Of a stretch of 64,000 bases of DNA, positions 53,216 through 62,388 are shown piece by piece. The translations under genes and the position numbers were made by a program. Below the pieces are notes generated by a model that searched no databases, was not told the origin of the DNA, and worked only from the letters and a program-made list of their open reading frames with translations. This DNA comes from a bacterium. GTDB lineage: Bacteria; Hydrothermota; 32-111. The first letter of the stretch is position 1. The number at the start of each line of letters is the position of its first letter. The stretch spans positions 4,690 to 68,689 of the forward strand of contig JBFXGO010000006.1 in the NCBI GenBank assembly GCA_050239825.1, in the 5' to 3' direction.

Positions 53216-54053
53216 TTCAATTCTTTTGGAGGTTCCCGACCTCCTGCTTCGCTCAAAACTCATACTGAAGGGATACCTTTCCGGGATTCACTCAGTGCCT
53301 TACAAGGGCGCATCTGCCGAATTTTCTCAGTATAGAGAATATGTTCTCGGAGATGATTATGACAGAATTGATTGGAAGGCTTACATGAGAAGCGGCAGAT
53401 ACTATGTCAAAGAGAGTGATAATGAGTCGAATACCGGAATGTCATTTCTTCTTGATGCAAGCGCTTCAATGGCATTTGCGGGAAAATTTGAGTATGCGAA
53501 GACACTTGCATTTCTTTTCTCTTACATCTGCGCAAAACAGAATGATTCATTTTCCTATGCGGTTTTTTCTGATAAACTGCACATTTACAGAAAAGCTGGC
53601 ACTGGAAGAAAAGCTATTTATGACGCAGGACGGGATATCTCATTGCGGACTCCGGGAGGAGAGACAAATTTAGCTCCGATTCTTGAGAAAATTTTTGAGA
53701 AGATAAAAGAATCATCATTTCTTATACTTATTTCAGATTTGGGGGACAATGAAGAGAAGCTTATTGAATTGATGGCGCGGATGAGAGTGAAAAAACACGA
53801 TTCAATAATCTTCCATCTTTCAAGCAGGCTTGAAGAGAGCCGGGAAATACTTGACAAAGAATCTCTCAGGGATATTGAGACCGGGTCTCTCTCGCAAGGC
53901 GGAGGATATCGTGAGAGGATAGATGCAATAAAGGAGAGAAATAAAAAAATAAATGACTTATCTTTGGAGAGAGGCATAGATTACAATCATGTTTATGTAG
54001 AGGACGGATTCAATGCTCCTCTTTCAAAATTTTTTAGCAGAAGGAATCAATGA
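53199..54053 (+). CDS. DUF58 domain protein (vWA-like fold, MoxR-system-associated family)
   Basis: EFSQYREYVLGDDYDRIDWKAYMRSGRYYVKE...LLDASASM is the DUF58 signature. Confidence 0.85.
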   Translation: MPKKNDSILLEVPDLLLRSKLILKGYLSGIHSVPYKGASAEFSQYREYVLGDDYDRIDWKAYMRSGRYYVKESDNESNTGMSFLLDASASMAFAGKFEYAKTLAFLFSYICAKQNDSFSYAVFSDKLHIYRKAGTGRKAIYDAGRDISLRTPGGETNLAPILEKIFEKIKESSFLILISDLGDNEEKLIELMARMRVKKHDSIIFHLSSRLEESREILDKESLRDIETGSLSQGGGYRERIDAIKERNKKINDLSLERGIDYNHVYVEDGFNAPLSKFFSRRNQ

Positions 54054-55411
54054 CATTCTTTGCAAAAGAATCGCTTCTGCTTCTTCTTTTAATACCAATA
54101 CTCATAATCATTCTTCTCTTCATGAGAAAAAAAAGCGAGGACTCCGAATACCCGTTCGTAAAAATATTTAGCTCAAAGAGCACAAGAAAAAATTCATTCA
54201 GGTCATTTCTTGCTAAAATCCTCAGAATTCTTCTTTTTGTATCAACCCTCATATCCCTGATTTTTTCCCTTTCCGGAATTAATTTAGTTTCAGACAAAGT
54301 TGAACATCTTATAATCTATGTGGATTACACTCCGCTTATGAAATTGTCAGAATCGGATATCAATGCATTCATCGATTCTTTGCGGGGAGATGAAGGTTAT
54401 AGGCAGATTCATCTGTATATAAACAACGAGAAAATAAAATATCCTGTACCTGATGGAGCAATACCCGATCCTGCATTGATTGAAAAGGAGACAGTGGCAA
54501 GAAGAACAGCAGATTTGATTTTCAGTTTAAGGTCCAATTCCGTGAAATCAGTCATAATATCAGACAGGCAGTTCGAGAGATTCAATTTAGAGACAGATTT
54601 GATTGTGAAAAGGAGCATTCCCAAGGTTTTGATTGTGCAGGTGGCTCCCGCTGTACTGCTATACAGCTCCGTAAAGATGCCTGTCGAAATAAAATTCAAA
54701 GACAAGACAGGAAGAACTTCAAAAATAATTGCAAAGGCAGAACCCGGATTTAACAGAGTGTATCCTCCTGAAAAAAAATTTTTGGCGGTGAGTTGCCTAT
54801 ATGATTCAGTTATTCTTGAAAAAGAGATTTCCATTTCGGAAAAAAGAGTAAATGATAGGACAGAAAATGAATTTGTAAAAAAACTTTTAAAGGCTCTTGA
54901 AATAAAAGATGATAGGAATTCTGAAATAGGAATATCTTTTGACATGGACATTGAAAAGGGCATTGTTTTTTCACTCAAAAATGAAAAGGAGTGCAAAAAA
55001 AACACTCTCTTGTCGGATGACAGAAATTTAGACATCTCAGTTGACGAATTGAACAGGAATCTTGAATACTCATCTCTTTACGAGATTCCCGGAAAACCTT
55101 TGATTTTCACAGCTAACGGTGAAAAAGTATTATCCAAAGAGGGTGATTTATATTTTGTTGCCTTGCCTCTCGATACGTTAAAATCGAATTTTGTCTTTAC
55201 CCCCTCATTTGTTTTTCTTATGAATAAAATGCTTGAAGAGATGTATGACGGGGGCAGTTCAAATTCGGATGCAGATTTAAAGTACCGCAGAGAGCTGACC
55301 GAACCTTATTACGACCGCCTCTCTGATTATTCACCTCCCAAGGAAAGGGACATATCATTTGTATTTATTCTGCTTTCTGTTATACTATTAATGATTTTGA
55401 TATTTACTTAA
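54050..55411 (+). CDS. Membrane-anchored protein with a BatA-type N-terminal double-TM region and a C-terminal TM anchor
   Basis: The N-terminus FFAKESLLLLLLIPILIIILLFMRKK resembles the aerotolerance-regulator N-terminal domain. I recognised no vWA motif in the large central region. The C-terminal helix is FVFILLSVILLMILIF. Confidence 0.5.
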   Translation: MTFFAKESLLLLLLIPILIIILLFMRKKSEDSEYPFVKIFSSKSTRKNSFRSFLAKILRILLFVSTLISLIFSLSGINLVSDKVEHLIIYVDYTPLMKLSESDINAFIDSLRGDEGYRQIHLYINNEKIKYPVPDGAIPDPALIEKETVARRTADLIFSLRSNSVKSVIISDRQFERFNLETDLIVKRSIPKVLIVQVAPAVLLYSSVKMPVEIKFKDKTGRTSKIIAKAEPGFNRVYPPEKKFLAVSCLYDSVILEKEISISEKRVNDRTENEFVKKLLKALEIKDDRNSEIGISFDMDIEKGIVFSLKNEKECKKNTLLSDDRNLDISVDELNRNLEYSSLYEIPGKPLIFTANGEKVLSKEGDLYFVALPLDTLKSNFVFTPSFVFLMNKMLEEMYDGGSSNSDADLKYRRELTEPYYDRLSDYSPPKERDISFVFILLSVILLMILIFT

Positions 55412-55442
55412 AAGACATTTAATTCAGTTAAAGGAGTTTAAG

Positions 55443-55568
55443 ATGCCAAGAAAAGGAACCGTAAAACCGTCATCACACAGAAGTTCAATCACTGAAAAAT
55501 TCGCAAGTCCGAAATTCGGAAAACAGAAGCAGAAACCGTCCGAAAAGAAGTCAGACAAGAGAAAATAG
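55443..55568 (+). CDS. Candidate small basic protein (41 aa), absent from the ORF track
   Basis: AAAGGAG SD lies 7 nt upstream of the ATG. MPRKGTVKPSSHRSSITEKFASPKFGKQKQKPSEKKSDKRK is very Lys/Ser-rich. It fills an otherwise empty 247-nt gap. Confidence 0.4.
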   Translation: MPRKGTVKPSSHRSSITEKFASPKFGKQKQKPSEKKSDKRK

Positions 55569-55597
55569 GATTTGTTGTTTGTTCTCACACAAGACTC

Positions 55598-55626
55598 TTG
55601 AAAAAAGGTGCGTAATATGGTATATT
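55598..55626 (+). promoter_or_regulatory. Sigma70-type promoter (TTGAAA-N17-TATATT) upstream of ppiD
   Basis: -35 at 55598-55603 and -10 at 55621-55626. An AAAGGAG SD and the ATG at 55659 follow. Confidence 0.5.
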
Positions 55627-55658
55627 AAACATCTTTATAATACAAAGGAGATGCCTTT

Positions 55659-57443
55659 ATGATGACGAAACTAAGAAAAAACATGACAGTTATCTTTGTG
55701 ATAGTTATAGTTGCATTTGTACTGCTGATGTTCTTCCAGTGGGGAATGGACATTTCAAGCTCAAGCAATCCGGAACGCGGCGACTATGTGGGCACTGTCA
55801 ACAAAACAAAGATATCGTCAAACACTCTTAACAGCGTCTACCTCGACATGAGGAAAAATTATCTTGAGGGCAACAACAAGACAAATATTGATGCAAGAAC
55901 CGAAAAAATGCTTCTCGACCAGGCTTTTGACAAGATTGTCAGCGAAATAATGTTTGAAGAGATACAGAACAAATACGGATACAACTCGACAGATGAAGAG
56001 ATTACAAACATTGTCAGCAATATTCCGCCTCAAGAGCTCAGGGAAGACAAGAGATTCTACAAAGAGGACGGCACATTTGACTTTGATCTTTACAAACAGA
56101 TGATATCCGACCCGCAGAACAGGCAGTTCTTTGTGAGCTACTACATGCAGATAAAGGAGCAGCTTCCCAAGATTAAGATACAGACGGATTTGCTCTCGGG
56201 AATAAAGGTTCAGAGCGATGAAGTGGGACGAGCTTTAAGATTCAATGAATCAAAGTTTCAGGTAGAGTATATGGTTGTTCCGACAGTGGTTGAATCACCC
56301 ATATCAGTCTCTGATGAAGAGGCAAAATCATACTTTGACAACAACAGGTATCAGTTTGTCAGGAATCCGGAGGCGGTGATTTCTCTCGTCGCAATACCTA
56401 AAACCCCATCTTCACAGGATATTCTAACATCAAAGGAGAACATTGACGGTCTCAGAACTGATATAATCAATGGCAATATAACATTTGAAAAAGCGGCAGA
56501 GCTTTACTCAGAAGATTACGGAAGCGCAGTTCAGGGCGGTTCTCTCGGCTGGTTTAAAAAGAATGCAATGGTAAAAGAGTTCAATGACGCAGTATTTGCA
56601 ATGAAGAAAGGAGAGGTCTCTGCTCCAGTAAGAACTCAGTTTGGATGGCACATAATAAAGTGCGATGACAGACGCGCTGATTCCGTCAAAGCAAGCCATA
56701 TTCTTATTTCAATAGCTCCTTCGATGGAGACTGTTGATGCTATAAAGAAGAACGCAGAATTGATACAGAGCAGGATGAAGAGTGAGGGATTTGAATCTGT
56801 GGCCTCCGCAGAATCTTTGGAGATAATAACGACAATGCCCTTTAATCCAAAAAAGAATCAGATAGCAGAGCTTGGCAGTAATGCTCCAAAGCTTATTAAC
56901 TTCTCATTAAGTGCAAAAGTGCAGGACCTGAGTCCCGTGGTTGAACTCTCTGATTATTTTGTGATTGCCCGCCTTGATGCAAAAGTAGAGGGCGGCATGC
57001 CCGAATATGAAGAGGCAAAAGAGACAGTGAAGAATGTTATTATTACAAAGAAAAGGAAGATACTCTCCGCAGTTAACCTTTCATCTATGGTGAAGAGCAT
57101 TGAACAGAGCAAGACATCTCTTGAAGGCTTCGCGGCGAAGAATAAAATGAATTATTACAAAACAGGTCTTGTAACTGCAAAGGATAGACTGTCAGAGGTT
57201 TCTGCCAATTCACCGCTTTTCGGCGCAATTTTTGCTGCTGAACAGAACAAGTACTTCTATGTCACCGGCGAAAATACAGGTTATGTTTTCAGAGTCCTGA
57301 AGACCGAGGAGATAGCACAGGAGAATGTCCAGAAACTCTTTGAAACATACTATCAAACAATAATGCAGAAAAAACAGCAGGCGATTGCTACGGATTGGAT
57401 GAGAAACCTTAAGAGCAAGTACACAGTCAAAGATTACAGATAA
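55659..57443 (+). CDS. ppiD: Periplasmic chaperone / peptidyl-prolyl isomerase PpiD (SurA-N plus parvulin)
   Basis: N-terminal TM anchor. Parvulin core GGSLGWFKKNAMVKEFNDAVFAMKKGEVSAPVRTQFGWHIIK. Confidence 0.85.
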   Translation: MMTKLRKNMTVIFVIVIVAFVLLMFFQWGMDISSSSNPERGDYVGTVNKTKISSNTLNSVYLDMRKNYLEGNNKTNIDARTEKMLLDQAFDKIVSEIMFEEIQNKYGYNSTDEEITNIVSNIPPQELREDKRFYKEDGTFDFDLYKQMISDPQNRQFFVSYYMQIKEQLPKIKIQTDLLSGIKVQSDEVGRALRFNESKFQVEYMVVPTVVESPISVSDEEAKSYFDNNRYQFVRNPEAVISLVAIPKTPSSQDILTSKENIDGLRTDIINGNITFEKAAELYSEDYGSAVQGGSLGWFKKNAMVKEFNDAVFAMKKGEVSAPVRTQFGWHIIKCDDRRADSVKASHILISIAPSMETVDAIKKNAELIQSRMKSEGFESVASAESLEIITTMPFNPKKNQIAELGSNAPKLINFSLSAKVQDLSPVVELSDYFVIARLDAKVEGGMPEYEEAKETVKNVIITKKRKILSAVNLSSMVKSIEQSKTSLEGFAAKNKMNYYKTGLVTAKDRLSEVSANSPLFGAIFAAEQNKYFYVTGENTGYVFRVLKTEEIAQENVQKLFETYYQTIMQKKQQAIATDWMRNLKSKYTVKDYR

Positions 57444-57452
57444 AGGATAAAT

Positions 57453-57525
57453 GGCGGCATAGCTCAGCCGGTAGAGCAGTGGAATCATAATCCACGTGTC
57501 CGGGGTTCGAATCCCTGTGCCGTCA
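57453..57525 (+). tRNA. tRNA with CAU anticodon, elongator type (Met or lysidine-modified Ile2), CCA not encoded
   Basis: GGCGGCA TA GCTC AGCCGGTA GAGC A GTGGA ATCATAA TCCAC GTGTC CGGGG TTCGAAT CCCTG TGCCGTC A. The 1:72 position is paired and the anticodon stem lacks the GGG/CCC run, so it is not an initiator. Confidence 0.88.
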
Positions 57526-57541
57526 TTTTTTTAAAGAGAAT

Positions 57542-58741
57542 ATGGACATACAAAAACAGATAGAGCTTCTTTCACAGGGAACGGTGGATATACTTCCTGA
57601 AAACGGATTGAAGGAGAAGCTTCTAAAATCTCAAAAAACAAACATTCCGCTGAGAGTCAAGCTCGGCATTGACGCATCGGGACCCGATATTCATCTTGGA
57701 TTTGCAATACCTTTGAGAAAACTGAGATTGTTTCAGGATATGGGACACACGGCTGTATTGATATTCGGCGATTTTACAGGAAAGATAGGAGACCCCACCG
57801 GAAAGAATAAGACAAGACCTCAGCTTACAGACGAAGAGGTAATTAGGAATCTTGAGAATTATAAAGAGCAGGTATTCGGGATTCTCAAAGAAAATAAAAC
57901 TGAGATAAGATTAAACGGTGAATGGTCTGATGCTTTGAAGCCGACGGACATTGTCAAACTTGCATCCAAATTTACTGTTGCGAGGATGCTTGAAAGAGAC
58001 TATTTTTCCGAAAGATACAAGAGCGGGGTTCCGATTTCCATCCATGAATTTTTGTATCCGCTGTTTCAGGCCTATGATTCAGTGGCCGTAAAGGCGGATA
58101 TTGAACTTGGAGGCACTGACCAGAAGTTCAATCTGCTCCTCGGAAGGGAGATTCAGGAATCTTATGGAGTCGAGCAGCAGATAATTATGACTATGCCTCT
58201 TCTTGAAGGCATTGACGGCGTGAGAAAGATGTCAAAAAGCTACGGAAATTACATCGGCATTAAGGAATCACCTAAGGAGATGTTCGGAAAAACAATGTCA
58301 ATACCTGACAATCTCATTGTGAAATATATGACTCTAACCACAAACATGTCTTTGAGTGATATAAAGAGTGTTGAAGATAGTTTGAAAGCAGGGGATAATC
58401 CGAGGAATTTCAAAGTGATGCTCGCAAAAGAGATAATAAAATTGTATCATTCTGAAAAATCCGCAGAAGAGGCCGAGGAGGAGTTCAACCGAATATTCAA
58501 GGAGAAAGGGCTTCCGGATGAAATAGAGGAGAGAGCGGTAAACAAGGATATGGATTACAAACTCTCCAATCTTTTAAAGGATCTGAAGCTTGTAGAATCA
58601 ACCTCAGAGGCGGGCAGAATTATAAAACAGGGCGGTGTGAAGATAAATTCGGTGTCAGTTGCTGACTTCAACTATATGTACAAACCTAAGAGCGGCGATA
58701 TCCTTCAAGTGGGAAAAAAGCGCTTTGTCAAAATCATATAG
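57542..58741 (+). CDS. tyrS: Tyrosine--tRNA ligase (type 2, with C-terminal S4 domain)
   Basis: HIGH-region variant PDIHLGF, KMSKS present (RKMSKSYGNYI) and an S4-like C-terminus (EAGRIIKQGGVKIN). Confidence 0.93.
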   Translation: MDIQKQIELLSQGTVDILPENGLKEKLLKSQKTNIPLRVKLGIDASGPDIHLGFAIPLRKLRLFQDMGHTAVLIFGDFTGKIGDPTGKNKTRPQLTDEEVIRNLENYKEQVFGILKENKTEIRLNGEWSDALKPTDIVKLASKFTVARMLERDYFSERYKSGVPISIHEFLYPLFQAYDSVAVKADIELGGTDQKFNLLLGREIQESYGVEQQIIMTMPLLEGIDGVRKMSKSYGNYIGIKESPKEMFGKTMSIPDNLIVKYMTLTTNMSLSDIKSVEDSLKAGDNPRNFKVMLAKEIIKLYHSEKSAEEAEEEFNRIFKEKGLPDEIEERAVNKDMDYKLSNLLKDLKLVESTSEAGRIIKQGGVKINSVSVADFNYMYKPKSGDILQVGKKRFVKII

Positions 58742-59303
58742 CCTGCTTATACTGCTTATTTTCTGTTTAGGTATAGATTCAAAGACTTTTGAGGGATTGT
58801 ATTCTGTCAAGATATTTCCCTACTCGGGTTCTTCGGAGATTTACTCCTACATTAACAATGATACTCTAATGGTTGAATATGAGACCAAGGTGGCATTCAA
58901 TACAGTTAAAGCGAAGAACAGAGCCAAGATTCTGCTTGAACCTTTAAAAGTCATTTCCATACACTCTGAATACAGTAAAATCGGAGTTAAGAGCACGGGC
59001 TATATTATTTTTGAGGATTCAATTATTAAAACATACATGTCGGATGCAAAAAACAAAACAAAAAGATACAAAGCAGATAAACAACCCAATGACTGGCTTA
59101 CGCTTCCTTTTTTTCTAAAACTTTACGGCGATGAGTATTATTCATGCTCCATGATACACGGAGATTTTGATTTACAGAAGAAAATAAATGCAGGCGCAGT
59201 TGAATGGACGACAGATGCCGGAGATCTGATTGTCAGGTTTGAAGATGGAGTCTTCACATATCTGAAGGCGGGAAAAATCGAGATGAAAAGAGTGGGGAGA
59301 TAA
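58659..59303 (+). CDS. Hypothetical secreted or membrane-anchored protein (start uncertain)
   Basis: Hydrophobic N-terminal segment SLLILLIFCLG. No family recognised. The track ORF overlaps tyrS by 83 nt. An internal TTG (SALSKS) could be the real start. Confidence 0.4.
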   Translation: MLTSTICTNLRAAISFKWEKSALSKSYSLLILLIFCLGIDSKTFEGLYSVKIFPYSGSSEIYSYINNDTLMVEYETKVAFNTVKAKNRAKILLEPLKVISIHSEYSKIGVKSTGYIIFEDSIIKTYMSDAKNKTKRYKADKQPNDWLTLPFFLKLYGDEYYSCSMIHGDFDLQKKINAGAVEWTTDAGDLIVRFEDGVFTYLKAGKIEMKRVGR

Positions 59304-60206
59304 ATGGAGCTTGATAGTATAATAAAACTTAAGAAAGAAAAGAATTTTACTGTGCTTGCTCATAATTATCAGCTTGGAGAGGTTCAGGAGATTGCAGATT
59401 TTGTCGGGGACTCTCTTGAACTGTCGCGCATCGCCCGCGAAGTTAAGACTGAAAAGATACTCTTTGCAGGAGTGAGATTCATGGCTGAGACAGCGAAACT
59501 GCTCTCTCCTGAAAAAAAGGTTGTCTTTCCCGTGATGGATGCGGGATGCGAAATGGCCGACATGGTGAGCGCCAATCTGCTTAAAAAAATGAAGAGCGAG
59601 CATCCCAATGCGGCTGTAGTCGCCTATGTGAATACAACTGCCGAGATTAAATCCCTTTCCGATATCTGCTGTACATCTTCAAATGCAGTTAAAATAGTGA
59701 ATTCTCTTGAAAACGAAGAGATTATATTCATTCCTGATAAAAACCTTGCGGCGTTTGTTCAGAGACAGACGAAGAAAAGGATTTTTCCTTACAATGGCTG
59801 GTGCTATGTGCACAATCAGATAAAGATAAAAGATGTGTTGAGAGCGAGAGACCTTCACCCCGGAGCAAAACTTATGATACATCCGGAGGCTCCCGAGGAA
59901 GTGCAGCTTTTGGCTGACTATGTCCTTTCAACAGGCGGAATGCAAAAGACAGCCGGAGAGGATAATGCAAATGAATTCATAGTTGGAACGGAGAGAGGCA
60001 TGGTTTACCGGCTGAAAAAACTTTATCCCCACAAAATATTTCATCTTTTGAGGGAAGAGATGCCTCTTACCTGCTACAATATGAAGAAGACCCGTCTGAA
60101 TGATGTCAAGAGGGCTTTAACCGATGAAGAGAATGAGATAGTTATTGACGATGCAGTGAAGGAAAAAGCTCTCAGTGCTATTGAAAGAATGCTTCAAATA
60201 AAATAG
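59304..60206 (+). CDS. nadA: Quinolinate synthase NadA
   Basis: LAHNYQLGEVQEIADFVGDSLELS, VRFMAETAK, VAYVNTTAEIK and HPE...TGG. Confidence 0.92.
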   Translation: MELDSIIKLKKEKNFTVLAHNYQLGEVQEIADFVGDSLELSRIAREVKTEKILFAGVRFMAETAKLLSPEKKVVFPVMDAGCEMADMVSANLLKKMKSEHPNAAVVAYVNTTAEIKSLSDICCTSSNAVKIVNSLENEEIIFIPDKNLAAFVQRQTKKRIFPYNGWCYVHNQIKIKDVLRARDLHPGAKLMIHPEAPEEVQLLADYVLSTGGMQKTAGEDNANEFIVGTERGMVYRLKKLYPHKIFHLLREEMPLTCYNMKKTRLNDVKRALTDEENEIVIDDAVKEKALSAIERMLQIK

Positions 60207-60215
60207 GGAGTTTAT

Positions 60216-61334
60216 ATGCATATTGAAGCGGTGAAGAACAAGAAAGACCTTAAAGAGTTCATTCAATTTCAGTATGACCATTATAAGGGCAACAGATACT
60301 TTGTGCCGCAATTCTTTTTTGACACGATGAATACTCTATCTGAGGATAAGAACCCTGCCTTCAAATTCTGCAGAATGAAGATGTTCACCGTAAGGGATGA
60401 CAATAATAAAATTTTAGGCAGAATTGCCGGCATAATAAATTCAAAAGAGATAGAAATCTGGAAAAAATCAATAGGCAGGTTCGGCTGGCTTGAGTTTGTC
60501 GATGATGAGAGAGTTTCAAAGATGCTCTTTGATGTTTATGAAGACTGGCTCAGAGAGAATAAAATAGAGTATAGCCATGGACCTATGGGATTTACAGATC
60601 TTGATCAGGAGGGGATGCTGATAGAGGGGTTCAACGAGCTTGGAACTCTTCCAATGATTTACAATTATGATTATTATCCGAAGCATCTCGAAAAACTCGG
60701 TTATGTGAAGGATGTTGACTGGGTCGAATATGAGATAAAGGTGCCGCAAGTGATACCTGAAAAAATAGAAAGAGTAAACAGAATAGTTATGGAAAAACTT
60801 GACCTTCATGTCTTTAAAGCAAAGAGAGCGAATGATTTGAAGAAGTATGCAAAGGATATATTCATAATCCAGAATGAAGCATATGCGCATCTTTACGGAT
60901 TTGTTCCGCAGGATGAAGAACAGATGGATGTTTATACCGAGCAGTATTTCGGATTCATAAATCCCGATTATGTCAAGATAGTCATGGATAAGGAGAACCA
61001 TCCCGTCGGATTCGGAATAGCAATGCCCTCTTTGTCAAAGGCGTTGCAGAAGTCGCAGGGAAGACTCTTTCCATTCGGGTTTCTTCATATTCTTTATGCT
61101 CTTAAATTTCCAAAAACAATAGACCTATACATTATCGGAGTGAGAAAAGAGTATCAGGACCTTGGAGTCACTGCTCTGTTGATTTCAGAGATAGCCAAAT
61201 CATGCATTAAAAACAAAATAGTATCCGCGGAGACAAGCGGAGAGCTTGAATCAAACAGCAAAATTCAATCTTTCTGGAAATATTTTGACAGGCGTCTTCA
61301 CAAAAGAAGAAGATGTTTCATAAAGAATATGTAA
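60216..61334 (+). CDS. Uncharacterised protein, probable GNAT-fold N-acyltransferase
   Basis: The C-terminal IIGVRKEYQDLGVTALL resembles the acetyl-CoA binding motif A (Q/RxxGxG/A). The N-terminus is of a conserved hypothetical type. Assignment is weak. Confidence 0.45.
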   Translation: MHIEAVKNKKDLKEFIQFQYDHYKGNRYFVPQFFFDTMNTLSEDKNPAFKFCRMKMFTVRDDNNKILGRIAGIINSKEIEIWKKSIGRFGWLEFVDDERVSKMLFDVYEDWLRENKIEYSHGPMGFTDLDQEGMLIEGFNELGTLPMIYNYDYYPKHLEKLGYVKDVDWVEYEIKVPQVIPEKIERVNRIVMEKLDLHVFKAKRANDLKKYAKDIFIIQNEAYAHLYGFVPQDEEQMDVYTEQYFGFINPDYVKIVMDKENHPVGFGIAMPSLSKALQKSQGRLFPFGFLHILYALKFPKTIDLYIIGVRKEYQDLGVTALLISEIAKSCIKNKIVSAETSGELESNSKIQSFWKYFDRRLHKRRRCFIKNM

Positions 61335-61973
61335 TCACCGGATTTTGTCGAAGATATTAAGGGACTCTGAGTATATATTCCAAATCTCCGAAGAGTTGAC
61401 TGAAAAATACTCTGTAATAACATCATTTTTTAACAGATGGCTCTGTATGAAAGAAACACTGAATATAAGTCCGATGTGAAAATAAAAGCCATTCTCCATT
61501 TTCTTATACTTTTCACTCATATCAACTTCTCTTCCTGAAATTATCTCTCTGTAAATATTTATCTCCTCAACATTCTGATTTCGTATTGAACTGTCAGCTA
61601 ATGAGTGGGCAAGGTGAATGAGAGTATGTCCGAACAGCGGAAGAAACCTTAGAGAATCGTCTTTTTTTAGGTGCTTGAGTATCGGCGATGTGCTTTCTTC
61701 CAGGAGTGCGTCAGACTCTATGCGGTATGATTCATTCTTTTTTCTTTCCTCTCCGGCATGCAGTATCTCGAGATGAAGTGCGGTAAGAAAATATCTCAAA
61801 GCGGCCTCATAGTCCTCAAGAAGATAATATAATTTGCCTGTCATTGAGTAAAATTCAGGGTCGTATCTGTCCTGCTGAAGAAGTTCGCCGCACACAACAA
61901 TAGCTTCATGAAGTCTCCCGCCGCTTTTCAGTGTTCCCGCCTCTTTTATAGCATCAGCCCTGTTTGCCGCCAT
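61335..61973 (-). CDS. Hypothetical protein with a TPR-like N-terminus
   Basis: The ORF is coupled to the upstream DUF2062 gene by a 20-nt overlap. The N-terminus (GRLHEAIVVCGELLQQDRYDPEFYSMTGKLYYLLEDYEAALRYFLTAL) is TPR-like. No other family recognised. Confidence 0.5.
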   Translation of the reverse strand: MAANRADAIKEAGTLKSGGRLHEAIVVCGELLQQDRYDPEFYSMTGKLYYLLEDYEAALRYFLTALHLEILHAGEERKKNESYRIESDALLEESTSPILKHLKKDDSLRFLPLFGHTLIHLAHSLADSSIRNQNVEEINIYREIISGREVDMSEKYKKMENGFYFHIGLIFSVSFIQSHLLKNDVITEYFSVNSSEIWNIYSESLNIFDKIR

Positions 61974-62388
61974 CCTGTCTCCTCTTTGCAGTTATGATGT
62001 TTTTAAGTATGAAACCGAGCAAAAAACCGAAAAGTATGCCATTGGGAATTGATCCCGCCAGTACCGGAAGAAAGTAAACAAACACCTCAGATATGTCGGT
62101 TATCTTGAATACTGCGATCCTCTGATACATAATCAAGGAGCCTGTAAAAAAATTGGCGGCAACAACGAAAGGGATTACAAAAGGCAAAAACAGTTGAGTG
62201 GCGAAAATAAGAGCCATCTTATTGGCTCTCTTTATTAAAGCGGCGGCCAGCACTGAAATAATGGTCTGAAACCCGTAGAAAGGAAGAAATCCAATGAAAA
62301 TTCCAATGCCGAAGCCGAAACCTATCTCACCGGGAGAAGAATCCGAAGAGATTATGTCTTTTACCGCGCTCTTTAACTTTTCTAGCAT
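61954..62388 (-). CDS. DUF2062 family membrane protein
   Basis: SPGEIGFGFGIGIFIGFLPFYGFQTIISVLAAALIKRANK matches the DUF2062 pattern. It has 3-4 TM helices. Confidence 0.7.
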   Translation of the reverse strand: MLEKLKSAVKDIISSDSSPGEIGFGFGIGIFIGFLPFYGFQTIISVLAAALIKRANKMALIFATQLFLPFVIPFVVAANFFTGSLIMYQRIAVFKITDISEVFVYFLPVLAGSIPNGILFGFLLGFILKNIITAKRRQDGGKQG

